Assembly: GCA_002701545.1 (NCBI GenBank)
Contig: NZVR01000152.1
Coordinates: 8,790 to 72,789, forward strand
Direction: 5' to 3'
Origin: Blastopirellula sp.
Lineage (GTDB): Bacteria > Planctomycetota > Planctomycetia > Pirellulales > Pirellulaceae
Length of the DNA stretch: 64,000 bases
Position numbers and translations under genes: made by a program. The notes beneath the pieces were generated by a model that worked only from the letters and a program-made list of their open reading frames with translations, had not been told where the DNA came from and did no database searches. Positions 25,517-34,628 of this stretch are shown piece by piece (positions within the stretch are counted from its first letter, which is position 1; the number at the start of each line of letters is the position of its first letter).

Positions 25517-28186
25517 ATGAGCTCACGCACCACGCCGCACGCCGGCAGTGAAACCAGCTCGGTTCACGAATCGACCACTCGCGCAACGCACGTTGTTCTG
25601 TTGTTGCTGCTCTTTCTTGCCAGCGGTTGTGCGGCACTGATTTATGAAATCGTTTGGTTTCAGTTGTTGCAACTGTCCATCGGATCCTCTGCCGTTTCGT
25701 TGGGAGTGCTGCTGAGTGCGTTTATGGGCGGGATGTGTCTGGGCAGCTTATTCCTTCCGCGTTTTGTGTCTCCGCAGTATCACCCGCTGCGTATCTATGC
25801 GTTGTTAGAACTGGCGATTGGCGTCCTGGGAATGATTTCGCTGTTGGGGATTCCTCTGGTGACGACGTTGTATTCGCAGCTGGCCAGCACGGGCAGTTCC
25901 GACGTGTTGATGCGGGCTACGATTTGCTTGATTTGTTTATTGCCACCGACCGTTTTGATGGGCGCGACGTTGCCAGCGGTTGCGAGGTGGGTCGAGCCTA
26001 CGGCTCAGGGGGCATCTCGTCTCGGTTTCTTTTACGGTGCTAATATCGTAGGGGCGGTTTTGGGCTGTTTGCTGGCCGGCTTTTACCTGTTGCGAATCTA
26101 CGATCTGACCACGGCGACGTACGTTGCTGTGGCGATTAACTTTTTGGCGGCCGCGTTGGCTCTGATTGCGGCACGGTGGATTCCCTATGCGCCCCAGTGT
26201 TTGTCTGAGGAAGATCGCGAAGGGCATTCAGAATCGGCCGCAGCGACACCGTGGGTGGGTGCTCATCTGCGTACGCATTGGCTTGTGTATGTAGCGATCT
26301 TGTTATCGGGTTGCTGTGCTTTGGGTGCGGAAGTGATTTGGACGCGACAACTGGCGTTAGTTTTGGGCGCCACCGTCTATTCGTTCAGTATCATTCTGGC
26401 TGTTTTTCTTACGGGCCTGGGGCTGGGCAGCAGTTGTGGCGCTCTGCTAGCGCGGCGACTTGCGGCGCCCGGCGCGATGCTAGGCTGGTTTCAGCTTCTG
26501 GCGGCTGGATCTTTGGTGTGGGCCAGTGTGATGCTTGCCAAGTCCATTCCTTATTGGCCGTTTCTAGCGGAACTAGCGACCTCACCATGGCATGTGTTTC
26601 CCACGGACATTCTCCGTGCCGCGTGTGCCGTCTTGCCGGGCGCGTTCTTTTGGGGCGCCAGCTTTCCTTTAGCATTGGCGGCGGTGACAGGCGGGCAGCG
26701 TGATACCGGCCGTTTGGTTGGGCTAGTCTATGCGGCCAATACGTTAGGTTCGATTGTGGGCGCCCTGAGCTTTAGTGTGATCTTGATCGGTTGGACGGGA
26801 ACGCAGCTCGGCCAACAAAGCTTGATCGTTGGCTGTGGGATTGCTGCGACCCTGGCAATGGTCTCCGCCTCGGTCGCTCAGAAACGTCGTGGTGAGGCAC
26901 CTCAGGCGGGATGGCTGTGGGGGAATGCTCCGGTGATTGGCTTGTTGTCGGCATCCACCGTGCTCTTCGTTTGGTTGGTGCCGCAGACACCGGCGGAACT
27001 GATTGGCTTCGGACACCGACTGCCCTACTTTCGCTTTCACGACAAGATTGGGAACGATCCACTACCGGAGTTCATCTATACCGAGGAAGGTATGAACGCG
27101 TCAGTGGCTGTCTCGAAACACGAAGATGGAAATCGAGGGTTTCACGTTAACGGCAAGGTGGTTGCTTCGACCGGGTTTTTGGATATGCGACTGCAACGCA
27201 TGTTGGGGCATTTGCCAGCGCTGATTCACAAACAACCGAAGTCGGTGTTGGTGGTTGGCTGTGGGGCGGGAGTCACGGCGGGAACATTTACGTGCTACCC
27301 GTCGGTGGAACGCATTGTGATCTGTGAAATCGAACCTCTCATCCCCGAGGTGGCAGGAACCTATTTTGTGCAAGAAAATCATCGGGTCATGAACGATCCG
27401 CGAGTCGAGGTGCATATCGATGATGCTCGTCATTTCATGCTGACGACGAATGAAAAGTTTGACATCATCACCTCGGATCCGATTCACCCCTGGGTCAAGG
27501 GCGCCGCCAGCCTGTACTCGCTGGAATATTTTGAGCTGTGCAAACAGAGGCTTCGGCCAGGTGGTGTGGTGACGCAGTGGGTGCCACTGTATGAAACCAA
27601 TGTTCCTGCCGTCAAAAGCGAGTTGGCGACGTTCTTTGCAGCTTTCCCTCAGGCAACGGTTTGGTGCAACGAAATGGATGCCCTTATTCAGCCACCGACG
27701 ACCTTCAACGAAGGGCAACCGCGCGGGCTTTCTCACGACATTGTGTTGCTGGGTCAACAGCAAGCGACTCAGGTGGATGTGGCTGCCTTGGCGGAACGGA
27801 TTGCTGAGAATGACCAACTGCGTGCGGCGCTGCAAGCACTTGAACTGGCGGATCCGGTAACGCTGCTGTCCACCTTCGCGGGGCAAGCGAGTGATCTGCA
27901 GGAATGGCTGGCCGATGCCCAGATGAATCGCGACGCGAATTTGCGACTTCAGTTCCTGGCCGGGTTGGCTGTCAGCGAGCATGCCTCGCCTCAGATTCTT
28001 GGCGATATCGTCGAGCAGCGAACCTACCCAGAAGGACTCTTCGTGAACGGAGCGGAAACCCCGCAAGCGGAGTTGCTGCTAAGTGCGATTCGCGGCAATA
28101 TTGCGGATGACGCGGAGGGCGAGGATCTTCTCCGTGAGCTGCGTAAAACGATGGACGCCTTGCATCCGACGCCTGCGAACGAATGA
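25517..28186 (+). CDS. Fused polytopic membrane domain + spermidine-synthase-like methyltransferase-fold protein
   Basis: About 12 hydrophobic segments, followed by 'VLVVGCGAGVTAG', 'DIITSDPIHPW' and 'GGVVTQWVPLYE', which are spermidine synthase-like motifs. ATG 25517 is preferred over the ORF-track start 25439. Confidence 0.8.
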   Translation: MSSRTTPHAGSETSSVHESTTRATHVVLLLLLFLASGCAALIYEIVWFQLLQLSIGSSAVSLGVLLSAFMGGMCLGSLFLPRFVSPQYHPLRIYALLELAIGVLGMISLLGIPLVTTLYSQLASTGSSDVLMRATICLICLLPPTVLMGATLPAVARWVEPTAQGASRLGFFYGANIVGAVLGCLLAGFYLLRIYDLTTATYVAVAINFLAAALALIAARWIPYAPQCLSEEDREGHSESAAATPWVGAHLRTHWLVYVAILLSGCCALGAEVIWTRQLALVLGATVYSFSIILAVFLTGLGLGSSCGALLARRLAAPGAMLGWFQLLAAGSLVWASVMLAKSIPYWPFLAELATSPWHVFPTDILRAACAVLPGAFFWGASFPLALAAVTGGQRDTGRLVGLVYAANTLGSIVGALSFSVILIGWTGTQLGQQSLIVGCGIAATLAMVSASVAQKRRGEAPQAGWLWGNAPVIGLLSASTVLFVWLVPQTPAELIGFGHRLPYFRFHDKIGNDPLPEFIYTEEGMNASVAVSKHEDGNRGFHVNGKVVASTGFLDMRLQRMLGHLPALIHKQPKSVLVVGCGAGVTAGTFTCYPSVERIVICEIEPLIPEVAGTYFVQENHRVMNDPRVEVHIDDARHFMLTTNEKFDIITSDPIHPWVKGAASLYSLEYFELCKQRLRPGGVVTQWVPLYETNVPAVKSELATFFAAFPQATVWCNEMDALIQPPTTFNEGQPRGLSHDIVLLGQQQATQVDVAALAERIAENDQLRAALQALELADPVTLLSTFAGQASDLQEWLADAQMNRDANLRLQFLAGLAVSEHASPQILGDIVEQRTYPEGLFVNGAETPQAELLLSAIRGNIADDAEGEDLLRELRKTMDALHPTPANE

Positions 28187-28292
28187 TCTCGTAATGTCGG
28201 GAGTGCCCATGGCCGCGGTGGGCCAGTACACTATGGGGATTCCCCGTTGCCGGGTGCTACTCTCTCCAGGCTTGTGTAAATGAGGTGCTGCT

Positions 28293-28988
28293 GTGAAATC
28301 GTTCCTTCGTAATTCATATCACTGTGTGCTCGGCTTCCTCTTGGTAGGCCTGCTCGTTGCCAACGCCGTTGCCGCAGATCCGAATGCACCGCTCGATGTT
28401 GCAGACTACGACGGTGTCATCCGTGTGGCTTGCGTGGGAGATAGTATCACCGCCGGTGTTGGCGCAGCGCGCGGCAAATCGTACCCCGCCCAGTTGGGGC
28501 AGCTGTTAGGCGATCGCTGGGAGGTGCGTAATTTTGGTAACAGCGGATCCACGCTGCTCAACAAGGGAAATAAGCCCTATCAGAAACAAAAACAGTTTTC
28601 CGGAGCCCTCGCTTACAATCCCCAAGTGGTCATCATCATGCTGGGGACCAACGACACCAAGCCCAATAACTGGAAACTGAAAGATCAGTTCGTGGCGGAC
28701 TACCTCGATCTGCTGGGTCATTTTTCCAAACTGGAGGCCAAGCCGAGAATCTTTGTTTGCTACGCCGTGCCAGTTCCCGGTAAGGGAAATTTTGGAATCA
28801 ATGAGGCGGGGGTTCAGGAGCAGCGACCGATGATTGCCAAGATCGCGAAGCAGGCAGAGGTTGGTGTGATTGATATGCATGCTGCATTGGCTGATCGCCC
28901 CGAAACGCTGCCGGATCGTGTGCACCCCAATACAGAGGGTGCCGGTCTGATGGCGAAAGCGGCGCATGCGGTGCTCACCGGCAAGTAG
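28293..28988 (+). CDS. Secreted SGNH/GDSL hydrolase (acetylesterase-like)
   Basis: 'VACVGDSITAG' (block I Ser), 'GTNDTK' (block III) and 'DRVHPN' (block V Asp-x-x-His), plus a signal peptide. Confidence 0.85.
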   Translation: MKSFLRNSYHCVLGFLLVGLLVANAVAADPNAPLDVADYDGVIRVACVGDSITAGVGAARGKSYPAQLGQLLGDRWEVRNFGNSGSTLLNKGNKPYQKQKQFSGALAYNPQVVIIMLGTNDTKPNNWKLKDQFVADYLDLLGHFSKLEAKPRIFVCYAVPVPGKGNFGINEAGVQEQRPMIAKIAKQAEVGVIDMHAALADRPETLPDRVHPNTEGAGLMAKAAHAVLTGK

Positions 28989-29155
28989 CAAAGAATGGGC
29001 AAACCTGCGTCTGTCGCTCGCGTGACGTATCGGAGCAGGTTGCAGAGCGAACGGCGCGATGGTTCGTGTTGCTGGTGGGAGTTCCTTACCGGGCAGGTGC
29101 GATGGATTTCCAGCGATACCGGTTCTTGTCTGACGTTAGCGATTATAATTCACGC

Positions 29156-32071
29156 ATGTTCGCTTCACTCCTTGCTGCTGTTTCTCCGAGTAACAGCCTG
29201 GGCCATCGCATGGCGTGGCTAGCCGTCTGGCTGGTCGTCGCGTGCGCGCTGCGTGTAGTGGAGGTTGATGCTGAGGAAAAAGCGTTTGCCGATTCCTGGA
29301 AACGTAATGGATTGGCGACACCCGTTTTTGAGATCAACGGAACCGAAGGGCGAAATAATCCGATTCGCAGACGGCTCAAGAAACCGTTGGCAGCGGACGA
29401 CGTGTACGTTCGCTATCGCATCCGGTATCAGCAGGATTCAGTCGATACACCGACAGAAGACGAAGGTGAGTTCGTTGTTCTGTGGCTTGATCAAGCGGAA
29501 GGCAACGATGCATCGCAGCATAATGGAGGCGTTCCCAATGTCGGTATCCACGTTGCCGGCGACAAGAATCGGTTTATGGTGCGTTTCGCTTCCGGGAAGG
29601 AGCGGTTTGGCACCGAGTTGACTGGGGGCCGTGATTTTCTGGTGGTGGCCCGACTGTGGAAGTCACGACCGGGAGTGGACGAACCGTTTGATCAGCTGAA
29701 CTTGTGGGTCAATCCACAGGAGGACGCGGAAACGAAGCCAGAAGCGTCGGTTGAGAGTGGTAAATCGATCACACAAGTCCAGTGGATCGGATTTGCTACC
29801 GGTGGCAAGACGGAGTTGGAAGATCGTATTTTTGTGTGGGATGTAGGAGTGGCATCCAGCTGGCGTGAGATACTGGGGCTTCCACCGAAAGCAGCCACTG
29901 AACCGCACTCTCCCGTCACGGTCACGAAGCGGACGATCGACTTTGACAAACACGTCTACCCGGTGTTAAAGGCCAAGTGTTTTTCCTGCCATGCGGGTGA
30001 CGATGCGGAAGTGCGATTGGATGTTCAAGACGAAGTGTTAAATCGTTGCCAGCCGGGCAATGCAGATGCCAGCCCGTTGTTTCAAATGGTTGCCCAACAC
30101 AAGATGCCTCCGGAGGACGCACCGCCGCTTTCCGAAGATGAGCTGGGGGTTCTGCGGCGGTGGATTGATGAAGGGGTGCTGTGGAACGAAGAACGTTTAC
30201 CAGTGCCTCAACCACAAACGCAACACTGGGCGTTCCAGCCGGTAGTGCGTCCCAAAATCCCGACGGTGACTCGTAAAGGATGGGTGCAGACCCCGGTCGA
30301 CGCGTTCATTGCCCGCCAGCAGGAAGCGCAAGGGATTTTTCCGGCACCGCCTGCGGATCGTCGTACGTTGGCGCGTCGGATGTCGCTCGACATGCACGGC
30401 CTGCCAAATGACAAAACGGAGGTCACCGTCGATGCGCTGCTGCAGCATCCGGCATACGGGCAGCGCTGGGGGCGACACTGGCTAGATGTCGCTCGTTGGG
30501 CGGAAAGCAACGGTCATCAACACAATCGCTTTCGACCGCATGCGTGGCGATATCGTGATTGGGTGGTGGAGGCGTTTCACCAGGATCTGCCGTTTGATCA
30601 GTTTCTCACGGCGCAGATTGCCGGAGATGAACTGGCTCCGACGTCGGTAGAAAACGATAACCGCCATTTGGTGGCCACCGGGTTTCTTGCCGCAGCGCGT
30701 TACTCAGGCAACGAGTTAGACAAGCGGATTCAGAGGAATGATATTCTGGTGGATCTGGTGAACACGACCGCCAGTGCGTTTCTCGGCATGACCATCGGAT
30801 GCGCTCAATGCCATAGCCACAAGTTCGATCCGATATCGATTCGCGACTACTACCGAATGCAGGCTTTCTTTGCCACCGGTCAGCCGGGTAATCTTGGTCT
30901 GACGAGTGATCAGGAGGCTTCCGCTGTGCTCGTTCAAAAGCGGTGGGAGATCTATGACCGTACGTTCGAGCGGCTGGTGAAGATTCGTCGCCGCAAGGGT
31001 GAGCCGAATCCTGAGTTGGTGACTCCCAATACGGTGGTCTCCAAGATGCGCCCAGAGGATCGCAAGCAATTCAACGCGTTGGAACAGCAGATTGCCGAAC
31101 TGCAACAGACATGGGGATTTTATTCATCCGCGACCGCACCGCAGCAACGCAATCGCTTGCCGCACGCCATGCGATGGCCGTTGCCGCGCGATCCTGAGGT
31201 TACGGGCACTTTGGCGACACGGATTTTATTGCGAGGTGATGTCAATGCGCCGGGGCCGACAGTCCAAGCTGGCTGGCCATTGGTTTTCGGTAGAACGGGG
31301 CAAGTTGGGGCACAGCCACGAATCGCTCTGGCTGAGTGGATGGTCGGTGACAAGAATCCGCTGACCGCGCGGGTGTGGGTGAATCGAATTTGGTATTGGC
31401 ACTTTGGTCAGGGATTGGTGGCATCCGTCAGCGACTTCGGTCACCAGGGAACGCCACCGACGCATCCGCAGTTGCTGGACTTTCTCGCTGCCGAGTTGAT
31501 GGAAAATGATTGGAGGACATCGCATATCCATCGATTGATTTTGGACTCCGCAACCTACCAGCAGTCCAGTCGCTACGCGTCAGAAAATGCAGCTTTGGAT
31601 CCGCAGAATCGAACTTACTGGCGGTGGGTGCCGCGGCGACTCGAAGCAGAAGCGATTCGTGACTGCATGCTGTCGGTGGCAGGTCAGCTGGATTCGACCA
31701 TTGGCGGACCCTCCGATGCTGCCCACCAGGATTCCCGTCGACGCAGTTTGTATCTTCGCCAACATCGCGAACGGCTGCCCGTGCAGCAGCAACTATTCGA
31801 CGGTGCCGAAGGCGTTGTTAGCTGTGCCCGTCGGAATGTGTCGACGAATGCATTGCAACCTTTGTGGCTGCTGAATTCGAAGTTGAGTCAGCAGGTGGCC
31901 CAGGCGTTGGCGACCCGAGCGGGTACCGTTGAGAACGCATTCCGGCGGTGTCTCGGTCGCGATCCGTCACCGGAGCAGTTGCAGTCGTTACGGATGCATG
32001 CCGAACGCCACGGTCTGGTCAGTGCGTGTTTGGTGATCATCAATTCCAGTGAGTTCCTCTACATTCCCTAG
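29156..32071 (+). CDS. PSCyt/DUF1549/DUF1553 (PSD1) family protein
   Basis: 'CFSCHAGDD' cytochrome-like motif, 'RWGRHWLDVARWAESNG' (DUF1549), 'CAQCHSHKFDPISIRDYYRMQAFF' and 'NRIWYWHFGQGLV' (DUF1553). The start is uncertain (candidates 29102, 29156, 29210; ORF-track start 29066). Confidence 0.85.
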   Translation: MFASLLAAVSPSNSLGHRMAWLAVWLVVACALRVVEVDAEEKAFADSWKRNGLATPVFEINGTEGRNNPIRRRLKKPLAADDVYVRYRIRYQQDSVDTPTEDEGEFVVLWLDQAEGNDASQHNGGVPNVGIHVAGDKNRFMVRFASGKERFGTELTGGRDFLVVARLWKSRPGVDEPFDQLNLWVNPQEDAETKPEASVESGKSITQVQWIGFATGGKTELEDRIFVWDVGVASSWREILGLPPKAATEPHSPVTVTKRTIDFDKHVYPVLKAKCFSCHAGDDAEVRLDVQDEVLNRCQPGNADASPLFQMVAQHKMPPEDAPPLSEDELGVLRRWIDEGVLWNEERLPVPQPQTQHWAFQPVVRPKIPTVTRKGWVQTPVDAFIARQQEAQGIFPAPPADRRTLARRMSLDMHGLPNDKTEVTVDALLQHPAYGQRWGRHWLDVARWAESNGHQHNRFRPHAWRYRDWVVEAFHQDLPFDQFLTAQIAGDELAPTSVENDNRHLVATGFLAAARYSGNELDKRIQRNDILVDLVNTTASAFLGMTIGCAQCHSHKFDPISIRDYYRMQAFFATGQPGNLGLTSDQEASAVLVQKRWEIYDRTFERLVKIRRRKGEPNPELVTPNTVVSKMRPEDRKQFNALEQQIAELQQTWGFYSSATAPQQRNRLPHAMRWPLPRDPEVTGTLATRILLRGDVNAPGPTVQAGWPLVFGRTGQVGAQPRIALAEWMVGDKNPLTARVWVNRIWYWHFGQGLVASVSDFGHQGTPPTHPQLLDFLAAELMENDWRTSHIHRLILDSATYQQSSRYASENAALDPQNRTYWRWVPRRLEAEAIRDCMLSVAGQLDSTIGGPSDAAHQDSRRRSLYLRQHRERLPVQQQLFDGAEGVVSCARRNVSTNALQPLWLLNSKLSQQVAQALATRAGTVENAFRRCLGRDPSPEQLQSLRMHAERHGLVSACLVIINSSEFLYIP

Positions 32072-32107
32072 GTCCGCTTCCGAGTTATTTGAAACGTGGT
32101 TTTTCGT

Positions 32108-33502
32108 ATGCATGCTTTCTCGCGTCGACAATTTGCTGTGGCTGGCCTGGGTGCCGGCGCCATTGCTTGGCGGACCTTGTTGGCTGACGATCTGCCACTT
32201 GGCAAAGGGCAACTGAATTCATCGGCGCATCCGGCGGCGACGGCCAAGCGTGTTATTTTCCTGTTCATGTCCGGGGGGCCGAGTCAGGTAGATACCTTTG
32301 ACCCGAAACCGGAACTCGCGCGGTTGGCTGGTGAAGACGTTCCCGAGTCCCTTGCCAGTCGCGTGCCTCGGATCAAGCGAGCAGGACTGAAAAATCTGAT
32401 GGCGTCTCCTTGGGGATTTGCCTCGCATGGTGAAAGTGGTTTGCCTGTCTCGGACTTATTTCCCGAGGTTGCGAAACATGTGGACGATCTGTGTTTGATT
32501 CGCTCGTTGACACACCGCAACCCGGTTCACGGCCCCGGCGAATGTGTCATGTTGACCGGATCAGGAAACGGCGAGCGTCCGAGCCTGGGTGCCTGGTCCC
32601 TGTATGGTCTGGGGCACGCCCGGGAACAGTTACCGACGTTCATTGCGATGAACCTGCATACCGATGGCATGCAGCATCCCCAGGCGGCCGGTTGGCGAGC
32701 GGGATTTCTTCCGTCGCAGTATCAAGGCACCGTCGTCGATGCCGCGCAAGGTATTCGCTATGTCACGATGCCAGAAGGGACAAGCCGAGAACGCCGGTTG
32801 GATGAGATCGCCCTGATCCAGCAGCTGAATACCAGGTTCTTGGCAACCGTCCGGCAGCACAGCGAACTGGAAGCGCGGAGTAAGAGCTACCAGACGGCCT
32901 TTGATATGCAAACAGCTGCTCCCGAACTTTTTGCTCTCGAGTCAGAGTCCGCACAGACTCAACAGCAGTACGGTTTGGATGACGCGGCGACACAAGTTGT
33001 CGGACGCGGCTGCCTGCTCGCTCGGCGGATGGTGCAGCGAGGAGTGAGGTTTGTGCAGGTGCGGGTCGGCGGTTGGGATGCACACGGGAACATTCAAGGG
33101 AACCACGCAAAGATGGCGGCGCGCACCGATCGTCCGGTCGCTGCCCTGTTGCAAGACCTCAAACAGCAAGGCTTGTTGGAGTCCACGCTGGTGGTTTGGG
33201 GAGGTGAATTCGGGAGAACGCCGACCATGGAGGGGCTTGGTAAAGGACGCGATCACTCGCCCGCCGCGTATACCGTCTGGTTGGCCGGCGGTGGTGTCCA
33301 GGGAGGGCAGATCATTGGCAGCACGGATGAAATTGGCTACACCGTCACCGAGCGACCGGTCGGTCCCCAAGATCTCCATGCCACCATCCTGCACGCCTTG
33401 GGAATGGATGCCAAGCGACTCGTGTATGATCACCATGGCTTGCAGGAAACGCCTTTAGGAGTCACCGGGGGAGCTCCGGTCCTGGAGGTATTCGGTGGAT
33501 GA
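32108..33502 (+). CDS. DUF1501 (sulfatase-fold) protein with Tat signal
   Basis: 'SRRQFAVAGLGAGA' Tat-like signal. 'FMSGGPSQVDTFDPKP', 'WDAHG' and 'GGEFGRTPT...GRDH' are hallmark DUF1501 motifs. Confidence 0.9.
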   Translation: MHAFSRRQFAVAGLGAGAIAWRTLLADDLPLGKGQLNSSAHPAATAKRVIFLFMSGGPSQVDTFDPKPELARLAGEDVPESLASRVPRIKRAGLKNLMASPWGFASHGESGLPVSDLFPEVAKHVDDLCLIRSLTHRNPVHGPGECVMLTGSGNGERPSLGAWSLYGLGHAREQLPTFIAMNLHTDGMQHPQAAGWRAGFLPSQYQGTVVDAAQGIRYVTMPEGTSRERRLDEIALIQQLNTRFLATVRQHSELEARSKSYQTAFDMQTAAPELFALESESAQTQQQYGLDDAATQVVGRGCLLARRMVQRGVRFVQVRVGGWDAHGNIQGNHAKMAARTDRPVAALLQDLKQQGLLESTLVVWGGEFGRTPTMEGLGKGRDHSPAAYTVWLAGGGVQGGQIIGSTDEIGYTVTERPVGPQDLHATILHALGMDAKRLVYDHHGLQETPLGVTGGAPVLEVFGG

Positions 33503-33586
33503 CCAGCGTTTGCGTTCCATCGCTTTGGCTCACCTGGCTCGTCTGATGGATCAGGACCGGGCATGTCGACGGTTGGACGAGCAGGG

Positions 33587-34480
33587 TTACGTTGAGGATG
33601 ACTGCTTTTTGCGCCCGGGATATTCGGAAGGCGGCCAGCCCATGCAGCGTTTGAACGTGGCCGAAAAGACGAACGGGTTTTGGTAACCAACTTGACTGGC
33701 GATCGATTCGATCTTGCCTCCTTGTGTGGTCAGGAGTTCCGCGGCGCGCTGCATTCGGAGCCAGATCAGATGTTGTCGTGGTGTCCGCCCTAGCTCGCGA
33801 CGACAAACCCGTTCCAGCTGCTTTTCACTGAGATGAACTTCGCGGGCCAATTGGGCGCTGGTCCATGCATGCGTCAGATCGGCGGAGACCTTTTCCCACA
33901 GGTCCCAAATGCGGGGATCCACGCGGCGCGATTTGATGAAGCCACCGACGTAACGTTGAATCAACTGGACCCAATGATCCAAGGTTGCAGGGATGCTGGT
34001 GTGACTGGACTCGTGATGCAAGCCCATCACCGCGAGGCGCAGAGGCTCGACATCAAACTGAGCCAGGATGGGCGAATTGACCGAAGCGATCGGTTGCTGT
34101 CCTGCTTGCTCCTGGTAGCGGACCCAGCAGAATTCCCAGTGGTGGTCCTGTTCTGCATGAAACGCATGTCGCGTCCGAGGTTGCAACAAGAACGCTGCAC
34201 CGGCACCGCAAGGTTGCCACCGGCCATCGATCAGCACGCGCCCCCGACCTCCAAAACAGGCTAAAAAATAGCTGCCGCGAAGGTTGGACCGCACGATTTC
34301 GAAGGGTGCTGGTGTCCGAACCACCCCGAGATGGCTGATTTGATACTGTTTTAGTAGGGGGCAAACGGAGGCCTCGGCCAGCCACGCCCGCCGATCGGCG
34401 GTATCCGCCCGCACCGTCCAAAACTGGCCTGCGGGATTGCGGATGGCGGTTTCAGATAGGTGAAGGTCGCGTGAGGTCAT
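33587..34480 (-). CDS. AraC-family transcriptional regulator (cupin-like sensor + HTH)
   Basis: C-terminal 'LSEKQLERVCRRELGRTPRQHLIWLRMQRAAELL...IASQVGYQNPFVFSATFKRCMGWPPSEY' is the AraC double-HTH signature. It is divergent from the 34629 gene. Confidence 0.85.
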   Translation of the reverse strand: MTSRDLHLSETAIRNPAGQFWTVRADTADRRAWLAEASVCPLLKQYQISHLGVVRTPAPFEIVRSNLRGSYFLACFGGRGRVLIDGRWQPCGAGAAFLLQPRTRHAFHAEQDHHWEFCWVRYQEQAGQQPIASVNSPILAQFDVEPLRLAVMGLHHESSHTSIPATLDHWVQLIQRYVGGFIKSRRVDPRIWDLWEKVSADLTHAWTSAQLAREVHLSEKQLERVCRRELGRTPRQHLIWLRMQRAAELLTTQGGKIESIASQVGYQNPFVFSATFKRCMGWPPSEYPGRKKQSSST

Positions 34481-34628
34481 GGAAGCAGGAGGTCGGTCCG
34501 GTATTATATACTGTAGCTGATTAGTTAATAATGTATTTGGTCATCTTACCAAGACAAAGTTCGTCCCCTGTGCATCACCAGTGTTTTGTCGATCCTGAAT
34601 AGGTTTCGCAGGGGGTTTCTGGAGAACC
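34481..34628. promoter_or_regulatory. Divergent intergenic control region between the AraC regulator and a PSCyt/DUF1553 operon
   Basis: There is a conspicuous AT-rich patch (ggtattatatactgtagctgattagttaataatgtatttgg) in an otherwise GC-rich window, between two divergent starts. No specific -35/-10 or operator can be assigned by eye. Confidence 0.3.
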
